Shown: piece after piece, positions 1 through 15,222 of the stretch
Layout: the number at the start of each line of letters is the position of its first letter
Position numbering within the stretch: position 1 is the stretch's first letter
Assembly (NCBI RefSeq): GCF_009914755.1
Contig: NC_060936.1
Reading direction: 5' to 3' (one strand)
Origin: the human T2T-CHM13v2.0 reference genome, Homo sapiens
Length of the DNA: 64,000 nucleotides
The notes under the pieces: model-generated
Told to the model about the DNA's origin: nothing
Seen by the model: the letters and a program-made list of their open reading frames with translations, nothing else
Database searches by the model: none
Position numbers and translations under genes: made by a program

Positions 1-1435
1 CACGTGGCTGAGCTGGTGCCTAAGCTGCAAAGACAAAGTCACCTTTACTCTTCCCTTTGCTTTTCTCAAGCAAAAGGAATTTTTGCTTATAGCCACCACA
101 GATGTGAATGTGCTGGGTCACCCCTGAAGCCATCACATCTAAGATTCATACCTAAGGCCTATGATATGTACTACCTGGCTACTGCTGCTGATTATTCAGA
201 GTCTGAAGGGAAGGACACAAGTCGAGCTCACTTTGCCATCTGTAGACGGTAGAGCCCTGGGGCCTTAAGCGCTCCTAGGAGGTAGCTAGGTATTGGTTAT
301 AGTGAGCCTTGGGTGAGACTCAGTGCTGTGCTGGCTTCAGGTCTGAAGCAGCACAGTTCCAAGTGTGGTAGCCACACGGGTGCTTGTGTCATACCTCCCA
401 GAGCTCCGGGCAGCTCAGCAGACAGAGAGAGAGAGAGAGAGAGAGAGACTCTTTTGTATGGGAGAGAGTAAGGAAAGGGAAAAAGAGTCTTTGCCTGGTA
501 ATCCAGAGTATTCTTCCGGAGCTTAGACTTCAGTCAGCAAGTGATGAATCCTGCCAGGACTGGATTTCCCTTCAAGGCAGTGGGTTCCCTTCTGGCTCAG
601 GGTGTATCTAGAAATGTTGTATAGTAGCTATGGCCTAGAATGGGGGCCTCATGACTCTGCCTGGTGCCCTATCCTACTGTGGCTGAGCTGGTATCCAAGT
701 TGCAAGATAAAGTCCTCTTTACTCTCCCATCTCCTCTCCTCAAGCAAAGGGAAGAGGTCTCTTTCAGAGATGCAAGCAGTGCTGCCTGGTGTTGGCGATG
801 GAGCAGATGGCAAAGCTAGCTAGGCTCATGTCCTTCCCTTATAGGCAGCGAGCACTGATTTAGTCACCGTGGCTTGTGTCTTACTAGACTGTGTGCCTCC
901 CAAGGCCACTGACTTAGAGCCCAGTACAGCAATAGGACTTGCATAAAAATTGCTGTCCTTGTGTCCTAGACTGCTGTTCAAGTTTATTTAGGACCTCAAT
1001 GCACTTTAGCCCTTGGTGGTAAGGCTTGCTGAAACTCAGGTTCCAGCCACTGGGATGGGCAGTTCTTCTCTGGTTTGTCTAAATGCTCCCTCTGTGGGCA
1101 TCAGTGGAGCTCTGCTCAGTGTTGGCAGCACTGTGTTCCAATGCAAAGCGCCATAATTGCTGTGCTCTCCCTCCACCAAGTGTACAGATTATCTCTTCAA
1201 GACAGGTGACTGCTGCTGAGGAATGGAAGATGGATGGCATCAGAATTCAAGACTCTTTTACCCAACCTCTTTAGTTCCTCTTTCAGCAATATGAAGTTAA
1301 AATCAGATACTGTGATCGCTCACCTGCTTTTTTTAATTCCTATGAAGGTGCGTTTTTGTGTAGATAGCTGTTAAATTGGTGTTCCTGTGGGGAGGATGAT
1401 TGGAGAACCCTTCCATTCAGGTATCTTGCTCTACC
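1..1435 (-). mobile_element. Old L1 (L1MA/L1M-type) 5'UTR region, antisense, containing an opposite-orientation segment at ~203-525
   Basis: Recognisable L1M 5'UTR subrepeat 'gtggctgagctgg..ccaagttgcaaga.aaagtc..ctttactct' at ~4 and ~680. Boundaries are approximate. Confidence 0.7.
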
Positions 1436-1454
1436 TCTACCTCTCTCTAAGATA

Positions 1455-3520
1455 CATTTTTTTTGTATTCAACATATAATTGGTTTTATTCTTTTCATTC
1501 ATTTTGACGATGTCTTCATTGGTGTACTTAGACAAGTAATATTTAAGTTGACTAATTATATATTATAATTAATACCTACCATGTTTATAATCTTTCTAAA
1601 TTTTGCATTTCCTTTGTTTCTCTCCCTTCCATCTATTTCTGTTCTTTCTGGTTTTAATTGATTGTTTTATGTGATTTGATACTAGCTGATGTCTGAGGAT
1701 ACACATTACACTTAGAATGTATCGAATTCCTTTATACATCCCTTGTGATATTGTTGTCAGTCATTTCATTTATCCATGTGCTATAATCACCAAATACATT
1801 GTTACTATTATTACATTAAACAAGCAATTATCTTCAAGATAATAAGAGACATATAAGATTTTTTATTCTTAAAAAAAACTCCATTTATTCCTTCTCTTAC
1901 ACTCTTCCTTTCCTTAGACCCAAGAAAATAGCAGTTCCCTTCTGCTCAAATAATTTTGTTTATTATTTCCTGTGGGAGGTATGGCATGGTGGCAATAAAT
2001 TCCTTCAATTTTTGTTTAGAAAATAAAGAAATCTTTATTATTTATTTTGAAGCATAATTTTGATGCATATATAATTCTAGGTGATTTTTTTTTCTCTTAG
2101 CATCACTCTCTTCTTGCTTGAATATTTATGAATAGAAGTGCAATGTAATTCTTCCCCATGCTCCTGTATAGGTAAGATGTATTTTTGTTTGTTAATTTGT
2201 TTGTTTCTCTTGTGGTTTCTTTCATGATATTCCTTTTGTCTTCGCTTTTCTCCACAGTTGTTTATTTGTAACATTCTTAGGTTAGTTTGTTTTGCTTGTT
2301 TTTGTTTGTTTCTTTGTTATTGTCCTGCTAATTGTTTTCTGAGCTTTGTGGAACTATGGTTTGTTGTTTGTCATTAATTTTGAAAATTTTTCAGCCATTA
2401 TTTTTCCAAATATATTTTTCTACTTTGTTCTCTCACTTTTTTGCTTTTGCATTCCACTTATGTATATATTATAACTTTGGAAATTGTCCCACAGCTCTGA
2501 GATGTTTGTTGTTTTTCATTCTCTTTTCTCTTTGTATTTCATTTTCTGAAGTTTCTATTGTCCCTTCTTTTATGTCACTGTTTATTTCCTCTGCCATGTC
2601 ATCTTCTGACAGGTTCATTGAAGACATTCTTTATTTTGGTTATAGTGTTCATTCCAGCATTTCTTTTCGACTATTTCTTAGAGTTTTTATCTCTCTGCTT
2701 ATATTATCTATTTTTGCATGTTATCTAGTTTTTCCATTAGTGTCCTTAACATATTAACCATAGTTATTTTAAATGACTTGTATGATAATTTGAATGTCTG
2801 TATCATATATCTGTCTGGTTTTGATGATTGCTTTACCTTTTCAAAATGTGTTTTCCTTGCTTTGAAACATGTCTTATAATGTGGTGGTGTTGAAATCTGC
2901 CAATGTTGTGGAATAGGAAAAATAGGACTTCAGTGTGAGATCCCATGTTTATCTGGCTAAGAATCAGTCTCTGTTCAAAATTTGGTGGAGCTACTGGTGC
3001 CAGAGGCTCCAAATTCTGCTGTCTTTGTTTTTGTCTCACTTTGACTTTGGACTTTATAAGTACTCCTCTTCCGCGAGTCTATTTCTTGCACAGCATTGTT
3101 CACAATGGGTACTCTTTCCTTCCCCAGAAACAGTTAGAGATCATCTTTTTCATTGCTTCACTCTGAGAATATGGTGGGATTCCTAGAGATTAAATCCACA
3201 AAAGTCTAACTTTGAGTTTCTCATTCTCAAGTTAAAATCCATACACAGCCAGGAGCAACTTGTCGAAAATTACCATTTAAGTTTTCCTACCAGTTTATTG
3301 TCTTAGCAGCTGCTGCTCAAGGTAAGCAAATCTCTGCTGTATCTCTGATTCAATATATTTCTACAGATTTTGGTGTGATGGTTTGCTTTATTAAATGCAA
3401 GTAGAGTCAGTAATATTGTCTGTCTATCTGGTTTTATCTTTATGTTTTTGTAATGACAGAAATGATGACTGCCACTCTCTGTACATGTCAGACCTGGGAA
3501 TAAAAGCCCACTTCATAGAT
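1455..3520 (-). mobile_element. Degenerate L1M (L1MC/MD-like) ORF1/5' fragments
   Basis: T-rich antisense L1 motifs such as 'cagccattatttttccaaatatattttt' and 'aaaattaccatttaag..cctaccagtttat'. A similar region recurs at ~22600-25290. Confidence 0.6.
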
Positions 3521-3832
3521 TTTAATTTTCTTATTTTTAGGACAGAATGTGGTTATAAATTATAGTTTTAAAAAACTCATTTTAGTCATGGCCTAATACA
3601 CTTCATTTAAAATATTTTTATGTATGAAGATTTTAAAATATTTTTGAAAATATATTTGATAAAATTTTTTTTCTTAATATAACAGTTGTCAGTTGATCCT
3701 GGTTCCTGATTATCTTATGGTTAAGTTAAATGGTAATAGAGTGCATATTTCCCATTGAGTTGAAGTATTCAGGGTATTTAGAAGTATTTAGAGGACATAT
3801 AGACTCACACGGTTTACTTTTTCTTCCAAATC

Positions 3833-4343
3833 TGTAAGCAGATAGGAAGGTTCTCCAGGGATTACAGAAATTTGGTCAAGTTGAGCAACAGCCTGTTTAG
3901 TCTCCTGACATTCAGCCTGTTTTTCCCTAAATCCTATATGGAATACAGTCACCTTGTTGGTCAAAACCAGCTTCTAACACAACCTGGCAAATTATAAATG
4001 AACCCAGGTGGACTTTCCTTATTACCATGCTAAAGTCTCCATCATGAGAGGAACTGCAGCTACATTACAATAACATGTGACCTATGTGCTGCCATAATGA
4101 CTCACAGCGTCTGCACAACTGGAACTCCTCCTCTGCATGCAATGATGCACTGTCTCCCCACTCTATCACCCCATAAAACCCTTCTGTCACTTTCCCTTAG
4201 AGAGACATTGCTTTGGAGAATACTCCCAGTGTTCTCCTTACTTATGCCAAGTAATCAAACTCTTCTTGATCAAAAACTGCATTCTCATGGAGAGTCATTT
4301 GTTACTTGCTAGGTGAACGAACCCCATCTTTTTCTGGGTAATA
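3833..4343 (+). mobile_element. Solo LTR, ERVL-like (MER54/MER73/MER74-like; subfamily uncertain)
   Basis: About 510 bp starting TGT and ending 'gggtaata', with LTR-like composition ('cataaaaccc', 'gaatactcccagtgttctccttactt'). Confidence 0.55.
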
Positions 4344-4949
4344 GACCCATAGTCCCAATCCTGGCCACAGAAGACTAACACAGCTGAATGTTTTATGACT
4401 TTACTAGATCCTTAAAGATATTATAGACTGTCAGATATTTTCCTAAAGAAAGGAAATGTTCATTTCTGCTCCAGAAAAAAAATATTATAAAATCCTAGCG
4501 TCATATTCTACTTAGGGGCCAGAGAAAGGAAGGCAGATTTTATAGTTACAAAAATATTATTTTTTCAAATGCCAATGATGACATTTATTTCTCTCATACA
4601 AACAGTGATAAATATGATTATTTTTATAAAGCATTTTGAGTTCCTTGAGAAAAAAATCCATAGTGTTATCTGTGCTGTTTTTGTTTAGTCAAAAAGCAAG
4701 ACTCACTCTAGCTTACAATTTCAGAAATCTTCCTGGAGGGCAATAGCTGAGCAAAGTTGGGAGAGGGGGAAGAGCTGACTAAGAAAGGCCATCTTTTTAT
4801 GTGGAAAGAATGAGTTACCATCAGAGAAAGAAAAAAATGAGTACATCAAGGAAGCAAATATATCAAGGAAACAGCAGAATGTCTCCTAACAACAACAACA
4901 AAAGGTTTCTACTTAAAAGAGCGTAAAGGAGCAGGCAGGACAGAAGTGT

Positions 4950-6350
4950 ACTCAGAGATCTTTCATGAAAATTTTGAGGAAATGTTGAAGAATTTGAATT
5001 CAATTTTGGAGGCAAAGTGGAGCTTTTGTCAAAGTTGATGTAACAGATAATGAAGGTTTAAAGGACCATAGTGGAAACAGAAAAAGAAAAGGAGCAAGGG
5101 AGTCGAAAAGATATTGAAGCCACATTTGCATGATTTTATTTTCAGATATAGAAATTAAGGGAAGGTAGAAATCAAGGTTGTTGTTTAGATTTCTAGGTTT
5201 GGTGACTGAATGGATGTTGCTGATACTTCCAGAAAGAAAAAAAAAAAGATAATTGTGGAGTGCAATGGACTGAATGTTTATGCCTCTCCTGAATTTATAT
5301 TTTGAAATTCTAACCCCCAAAGTAATATTAGAATATTGGGATTTGGGGAAGTGATTAGGTCATTGAGGCAGAGCCCTGATGAATGGGATTTCTGCCCTTA
5401 TAGAAGAGGTCCCAGAGAGCTCATTTGCTCCTCCCACCACATGAGGACACACTGAGAAGGCACCACTTCTGAGGAAGCAGGTCCTCATCAGACACTGAAT
5501 CTGCCAGTGCCATGATCTTGGACTCCTAGCCCCCAGAACAATGAAAACTAACTCTCTGTGTTTTTTTTATAAGCCCCATAGTCTGTGGTACTTTGTGATA
5601 GAAGCTCAAATAGACTAAGACAGGAGAAAATGCATTTGTAATGAGGTGAAAATTTGAAAAAAGGTACAGGCCCAGGTTGGTATTCTGTGGATGAGGAGTT
5701 TGTTATCTGTGGTATATTTATAGTCAATAACATAACACTTATAGTAAGAGCTGTGAGAATGATTATAGAGAGGAAAGAGTTAAGGTAAGGACTCCAAGAA
5801 ATATCACTATTAAATTAATAGAAAAAAAAGAGTCAAGGAAAAAGAGGGAATACTAATGTTTAAATGGAAGGGGAAGCAGAGTGAGTGGTGTTACAAATCC
5901 AATTGGAAAAATTACTGTAAGGCAAAATATGTGGTGAACAATATTGAATACAGTGAGTTGGAGGTGGAGTATGAAATTCCCATTGTTTTATGAAATATAG
6001 AATTCACTGGTAACCTTTTCCAAAGTAAATTTAATGGAGTCAGAGATGTTATCAAATAAAGAAATGAATGGAATATGATGAAGAAGGCATCAGACCAAGA
6101 CTATAAATAAATTTAGTTGCAAAATTAGAAAGAGAGAGAGAAAGAGGGAGAAATACTGTAATTGGGGAGATAAATCTAGGGAATCTAGGGGAAGGTTGTG
6201 TGTACATTAACAAGAAAGATTTCAGCATATTTGTAGTGTGGGGGGAAGAGTAGGTATCAAAAATAAAGATGAAGATGCAGAAGTGATGTAAGAAGGGAGG
6301 GGATATAGGGACATGTTCTTTCCTGAGACTCTGGAAAATTGGTTAGCTCT
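4950..6350 (+). mobile_element. L2 fragments (interrupted by MLT1A)
   Basis: Purine-rich L2-like motifs such as 'ttctaggtttggtgactgaatggatg' and 'ggaatgaaattcccattg...gaattcactggtaacc'-like text. Confidence 0.5.
5261..5622 (+). mobile_element. MLT1A-type MaLR solo LTR
   Basis: Starts 'tgcaatggactgaatgttt', contains 'atgaggacac..gagaagg' and 'cagacactgaatctgcc', ends 'gactaagaca'. Confidence 0.85.
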
Positions 6351-7549
6351 GTGTGCAGATATGTGTGTAGGATGGAGAAGCTGTGGAAGACTAACAGAGA
6401 ATTGCAGAGACCATGCTTCATCATTTGTATATCCTTCTTGTTTTAAATCTGAGGTAAAATAATTTTGTTAGACAAATCCACAAATTTTTAAAAGCGATTT
6501 CATTTAAGTAAATGCTTACCTATTTAAATTCTTTACAGAAATGCATGGTTTGTTAGTGGCCTGCCTTTGTGAAAGCAAACAAATTTAAAACAAAAACCAA
6601 CAAAGAGAAATCAAGACAACTTGTGTCTGCTTGTGTGGTATACTGAATGTAAATCCTGTATTATTTAGAACTTTATGAAACATTTGGGAGTTGCATTACC
6701 TTAGGAAAACTATGATCACATGTGAATCTTGTAATATCTTAATCAGTAGAAAAAGATAAATTATTGGCATGAAAAGATAGAAAATAAGAGAGGCTTGCAC
6801 ATTTTTCCTCCTGTTCGTTCTTCACTCCATTTTCCTTCCTACATCTTGACTAGGCTCAGGTACAGGGCACCAGCTGCTCCAGGAAATGCCACACCAGCTT
6901 GTGCACAGGTGCTTCTTACCCATTGTGAGTGAAATTGACTGGAATCACACAATCTTCGTCAATTTCCCACTTGTAAAAATCAGTTCTTCTAGGCAAGGGT
7001 GCTGCACTACATTTGCTCTGCAGCTGGCAGTCCCATAGAGCTGAGGTGGAGGAAGAATAGGAGATGACCTGCTGCCAGCACATGATGTGCCCTGTGTTAG
7101 TAAGCTCCCCTGATTTTTATCAGTATCAACCACCTATATGAAGAGACCAGGAGAGTATCTGGCTGAACTGAAGGAAGTAAAGAGTTTCTTGTTTTAATCC
7201 TCAAGCTCCATTCTAACTCATAACTAATGAGCTAGCATCATGCACAGCAGTACCATCTTCCACAGGCAGCAATTATATAAGAATAGCATCCCAAACTTGG
7301 TAATTCTGTGACTGGCTGGCACACAGGCTGCTAGTGTGGGAAGATGCTTTTCACACAGATGTTAGCTAGAAAATAGACTGATGGAAGTGACTGTAGATTA
7401 CTGGGATCACAATAAGAAAGGACAAAGATTTAAATTTAAAATCTTTAATGCACAAGATGATTCATGCTGAAGATATTTTTTCTTTGTGTGACTCATGAGA
7501 CTTCTAAATGGGTGGATTTCAATTAAGAGCACAAATAGAGGTGATTTTA

Positions 7550-7731
7550 ATAACCAGCCTGGTGTGTTCTCCCAATAACCTGAATTGGAATGTCCTATGG
7601 ACCTTATCACAAAGCAGATACCTAGATTATACCTCTGTTATTCTAATCAGTAATTATAGGTGAGGCAGAAGAATCAGCCATATATAACAAACAGGTGATT
7701 CCTGTGCACAATAAAGTTTAAGAACTACCAG
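7550..7731. mobile_element. MER5-like hAT-Charlie remnant
   Basis: Terminus 'caggtgattcctgtgcaca..aaagtttaagaactacca'. Confidence 0.55.
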
Positions 7732-8142
7732 TATATACTGACCTTGGTAAGGGACAAACAGGCAACATAATTATGCAGAGAAAATTCAAAGGCACTTTCA
7801 TTTTAAATTTTACCATTTTTAAACTAACAGCAGTTAAATAAACTCTGATGTGAACAAATAAGAATTAAAATTATATGGATAAAGAACAACTGAGTAATTT
7901 TAGCTATCATTTGAATAGCAAAAATTGATGTTTCTTTTTGCACAGAAGTACTCCTGGGCCAAGCATTTGAAGCTATTTGGTAGTTGTTACTGACCTCTTC
8001 AAGTGTGTTAGAGCTAGATGGCAAACATGCTTACTGGATGAGAAGGCTCCAGTGTCTTGCTGGAACCATGAGACTACCCTAACCCTACCTGTTAGGGAAC
8101 TCAATTTGCACATCGTCACTTCAGCACACAAACAGAATAGAA

Positions 8143-8324
<182 letters not shown>

Positions 8325-11300
8325 TAATTATAGCAATCCCACTCCTGCTTCCATCCCCGACCCAATTTCTGACTTTGCCTCAGAATCCATGTCCATATGA
8401 CTCCCCATTTTCCTAATCCCCAAATTACAGGTAACCACAACTGAATAAATAAGTTACATCATGGAAAACAATTCTTTTAGTTTATAAACATGTATCAGAT
8501 AAAAGACAGCTAATCTTCAAAAGGAAAATTTTACACAATGCTTGGACACACATTAGCCTTCATTTGCTTAGTTTGAAAAAGTCAAATATAGACTAATACC
8601 TTACCTTACCTAGTAATGATAACTACCTTGACTTTATTATGGTTTTGAATATTGAAATTCATATTTTTCATATCAATTTACTTATGCAAAAAATTTATGT
8701 AATCAAGGAAGTAAAGATGTTATCCACAACATCTTCGTTTTTTCAATTAGTTCTTAGAAAATTAATTCACAAAAAGATATTATTCAGCAAAACTGAACAT
8801 CAAATTTATAATCTAATCTGTTTAGGAGACAATCTTTGAAATTTAATTAAGCTAGCTAGAACAAAGAATGGTGCGTATGATTAGAGTCTACCTATAATAT
8901 GTCCAGATATCTGTTGTCTTATTAGTCGATCACTGTTGGAAAGTGTGCACTCCCACCCCTGCTAAATGCACAACTAAAATAAGAATTTACACATTGAAAT
9001 AAACTTTTTAATGTTTATACTGAACTTTCTGTACCAGTGAACAGGAAAACAAAGTGTAACTAACCAATTAGTAATGAATCTTTCTCTTTTGAAATACTGT
9101 ATATTAATATCTGGTTTTCCAAATATCAGCATGTCATATACAGAGTAGTTTCACTGTGGAAAAGAAAAGAGAGTGATGATTTTTATATACTGTTTTTATG
9201 TCTGGTGGAATTGCTAGCATAATTTCTGTGTCCTTAATAGCCTTAGGAGCAAAACATAAAAATCAAATGAAAAGGAGTAACAAAGAGATTATCATAAATT
9301 TTTTTGTAGCCCTAAAATATGTAAAATCTTCAAAAACAAGAAGTTGTATTTCATGATACTATGCTGTATTTCAGGCTCTGTAATGATCCCTTGTGACATC
9401 TTCTTTAATTCCATCCCAGCTATACCCAGGTGAACCTGATGAGTTTTTGCTTGCCCATCTTACATTCATAATCTTTCAGAATTTACACAATAACCTTGTA
9501 ATTACTCATTTTTATTACCAATCTCTTAGTTCCTTAAAGGTATGGATCGAAGTTTGTTCATTTGGTATCCTCAGCAACTAGAGTACATTTTGTACGTATC
9601 AAGCAGTCAACAAAATTTTGTTGAAGCAATAATAAAATCATTTGAAAAAAGAGTCCTGAATATTAACATAACATACATCTTTTGAAAAATATAGATTATT
9701 TTCCCACAGATCTTTTTTTTCCTCTCTAGGTTTTAAGAAATATAAGAGTCTTCAGGGGCTAGGAGTGAAAAGTTGTTAACTCAGACCACTTATGTTTCAA
9801 TCATGAGACAAGTAACTTTTGGTAAAACTATTCTCTATGTAGATTGTGTTGAGTTTATTTAAATCTGGATAATCTACAATTAACGTTAGACTTTTAACAG
9901 TTTTCTATTCACCACTGAACTGGAAGAAATTAATGGATGAATTATTTTAATTAAAAATAAATACTACCTATGTAATTGTAGCTTCTGTACTCACATTACT
10001 CAAAAATATAAGAATATTTTGAGGCTTAGTATTTGTCAATTACTGAGAATGTCACAATAATTACACTAAAAAATCATAAATTTAGAAAAAAATTGGTACA
10101 TAATATATTTTTACTATATGTAATCCAGCCTACTGGTGTCATCTATGCCTCACAACATCAGTACTTGCTATGAGCTCTGAATGTAATCTTGGGTTCTTTG
10201 AACCCAATATTTTATGCCAAGAAGGCATAAAATACTAACAAAGATAAAAATATATTTAAATAGATAATTGACTGGAGCTTAGAATCTATTCCATGTTAGT
10301 TTACAAAATGCACTCTGCTTTCTATTCTAACATTATATACCTTCTATTAATACTATTAGTCAATGATTGCTACACCTAAAAATAAATGTTGTGTCAAATT
10401 TTCTAACGTGTATTTTTTTACTCCAACTCATCTTTGTGTTATTTAAAATGATCATAATGCTTTTGACTTTTTGAGATATCTAGTCATTTTTGAGGCTGGC
10501 ATTTTCTATCTTTCCAATCTCACCTATCATACATTAAAATTAGAGAAATGAATGGAACTTCTGATGATAAAAGAAATTAGTCAAGCATTTCACAGAGGTA
10601 ATTGAGAGCAGAAAAAGAGGAATGTGTTATGTCTAAGGGGAGAATATTCTATTTTAGAAAATTCACTTGCAATACAACACCACTTTTAGATACCTTGTTT
10701 TTCTTCTTTCATATATTATGATCAAATACTAAGAAACAGGAATAATTAAATGTATATACATTTATTCTACTGAAAGAATAATTCATAAAGAGACAGTTTA
10801 CCTTCAAAGAGAAAACAGCATCTAAGGTGACCACTTCATTATGAAAGAGTGAACACAAACGATGTGGCAAAGTTGTTGAGATGAGAGACACAAGTTTCTC
10901 ATTTCTTATCATTACTTAAGAATGTATTTTTTCGGGGCAGGACTTTATTCAAAAGAAATTCACATGAACCTCTGCTGAACCTCTATAATAGGTATAAAGT
11001 GGCAAGTGAAGGGTTCTGTAGTTGTGGATTGGGAGAGGAAAAAAAATGCTATTAAAAATAAAAACGTTTCTAAATTATATCAACATTATATTCTGTATCA
11101 ATGATTTTTATATATAAAATAACTTATAATTAAGCATGTATCATTATACATATAGGAAAGGAGTCATATTGGGACTTGAATAAATATTATCTATATTAAA
11201 TAACATAAACCTATTAAAACACTAAGCAAGCATTTCAGTTTCCCTTTGATTTTCAAGAAAATGTATGCTCCATGGTAATTCTAAAATATGCATCTATCAA

Positions 11301-11842
11301 AGGCCAAGAAGTATCAAAGTTGTCAGGTGAATAATTGGGATTTTAATGGTTACCATAAGATTTGGGAATTGTAATATAACTAACATGATTAACAGATTAG
11401 ACAGAATGTTGTTAGATCAAAATAAGAGAATTAGATTTTCTATAATCATATAAAGTCTTAAGAGTGATTCAAAATATAAATTAAAAGATTATAACTCTGT
11501 TGTACCATTGATTAATTCATTAGATCAATTGTATATACTTGAAACTTCTTTTTAAAGACTAGCTTATAAACTATTTTATGCCTGTTTAGAAATACAACCA
11601 ATAGAAAATTGATTAATCTGTGATCTCACTCTGGGATGTAACTATTGAAAGATAATCAGTGTTTACTAGCAATACATATTTATGTAGAAAATAACCGTAT
11701 TCCTTGAAGCTAGTTACAAACATTTTGTCTTCCATCATCATACGTAACATAGTGCCTGGCACACAATCAATGTACAATATGTATGTGGAGAATAAAAGAA
11801 TAAAAATAAAAATTCTTGCAGACTTTTAAAATTAAACATATA

Positions 11843-13230
<1,388 letters not shown>

Positions 13231-13449
13231 CTCCAAAGAAGTCTTTCTTAAAAAGTAAACATATAGGCATTTGCTAAATGTAGCTTTGTGATTGATGCAG
13301 AAATTTACCACTCCTTTCCATCAATACACAATGAAGCATATACAACATAGCAAACCTCAACGCCAAAATAAATATCTCAGAGAAAAGAAAAACAGCACAG
13401 CAATAAGAGAAGGTCAAAGCCTCAGAGCAACAGCCAAAATTCCGGATCA

Positions 13450-15222
13450 TGTGATGATTAATATTGTCAACTTGATTGGATTGAAGGATTTTATTTTTTC
13501 AAAGATCAATGTAAAGTTTTATTGAAATGGTGCAGAAGGGTTTAATTCTTTTTTTTTTTTGAGTTTGCTTTTTTTTTTATTATACTTTAAGCTTTAGGGT
13601 ACATGTCCACAACATGCAGGTTAGTTACATATGTATACATGTGCCATGTTTGTGTGCTGCACCCATTAACTTGTCATTTAACATTAGGTATATCTCCTAA
13701 TGCTATCTCTCCCCCCTGCCCCCACCCCACAACAGGCCCCGGTGTGTGATGTTCCCCTTCCTGTGTCCATGTGTTCTCATTGTTCAATTCCCACCTATGA
13801 GTGAGAACCTGCAGTGTTTGGTTTTTTGTCCTTGCGATAGTTTGCTGAGAATGATGGTTTCCAGTTTCATCCATGGCCCTACAAAGGACATGAACTCATC
13901 ATTTTTTATGGCTGCATAGTCTTCCATGGTGTATATGTGCCACATTTTCTTAATCCAGTCTATCATTGTTGGACATTTGGGTTGGTTCCAAGTCTTTGCT
14001 ACTGTGAATAGTGCCTCAATAAACATACGTGTGCATGTGTCTTTATAGAAGCATGATTTATAATCCTTTGGGTATATACCCAGTAATGGGATGGCTGGGT
14101 CAAATGGTATTTCTAGTTCTAGATCCCTGAGGAATCTCCACACTGACTTCCACAATGGTTGAACTAGTTTACACTCCCATCAACAGTGTAAAAGTGTTCC
14201 TATTTCTCCACATCCTCTCCAGCACCTGTTGTTTCCTGACTTTTTAATGATCGCCATTCTAACTGGTGTGAGATGGTATCTCATTGTGGTTTTGATTTGC
14301 ATTTCTCTGATGGCCAGTGATGATGAGCATTTTTTCATGTGTCTGTTGGCTGCATGAATGTCTTCTTTTGAAAAGTGTCTATTCATATCTTTCACCCACT
14401 TTTTGATGGGGTTGTTTTTTTTTTTCTTGTAAATTTGTTGGAGTTCATTGTAGATTCTGGATGTTAGCCCTTTGTCAGATGAGTAGATTGCAAAAATTTT
14501 CTCCCATTCTGTAGGTTGCCTGTTCACTCTGATGGTAGTTTCTTTTGCTGTGCAGAAGCTCTTTAGTTTAATTAGATCCCATCTGTCAATTTTGGCTTTT
14601 GTTGCCATTGCTTTTGGTGTTTTAGACATGAAGTCCTTGCCCATGCCTATGTCCTGAATGGTATTGCCTAGGTTTTCTTCTAGGGTTTTTATGGTTTTAG
14701 GTCTAAGGATTTAAAGTATTGTTCCTGGATGTGTGCATGAGGGTGTTGCCAAAGGAGATTAACATTTGAGTCAGTAGACTGGGAGAGGCAGACCCACCCT
14801 CGATCTGGGTAGGTACCATCTAATCAGTTGATAGCACTGCTAAAATAAAGCAAGCAGAAAATGGAAGAGCAGACTTGCTGAATCTTCCAGCCTTCATCTT
14901 TCTCCCATGCTGGATGCTTCCTGCTCTCGAATATCAGACTCCAAGTTCTTCAGCTTTTGGACTCTTGGACTTACATCAGTGGTTTGCCAGGAGCTCTTGG
15001 GCCTTTGGCAACAGACTGAAGGCTGCACTGTTGGCATCCCTACTTTTGAGGTTTTGGCACTCAGACTGATCCACCGCTGGCTCCTTTGCTCCTCAACTTG
15101 CAGATGGCCTGGCCTATCATGGGATTTTACCTTATGATTTTGTAAATCAATTATCCTTAACAAACTCCTTTTTATATATACATACAACATATTAGTTATG
15201 TCCCTCCAGAGAACCCTAATAC
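13450..15222 (+). mobile_element. MLT2A (HERV-L) solo LTR, split by an L1PA insertion (pieces 13450-13491 and 14705-15222)
   Basis: 'tgtgatgattaatattgtcaacttgattggattgaaggat' continues as 'aaagtattgttcctgg...gagaaccctaataca'. Confidence 0.9.
13492..14704 (-). mobile_element. 5'-truncated L1PA (about L1PA3-5) with 3' transduced sequence
   Basis: ORF2 C-terminal peptides ([20 protein letters not shown]..., ...[14 protein letters not shown]), an L1PA 3'UTR, and TSD aaggattt at 13484-13491 / 14705-14712. Confidence 0.95.

Noticed and set aside
2332-2757. 141-aa hydrophobic ORF as a membrane protein
   Set aside because: It is T-rich antisense L1 sequence with a non-ATG start.
9710-9815. Splice-acceptor-like sites here, at ~22190 and at ~49664 as exons of a host transcript
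   Set aside because: Polypyrimidine-AG motifs are common by chance, and there is no matching donor with a recognisable reading frame. Transcript data are needed.
13784-14644. 123-aa and 154-aa ORFs as genes
   Set aside because: They are L1 ORF2 C-terminal fragments of a truncated element.
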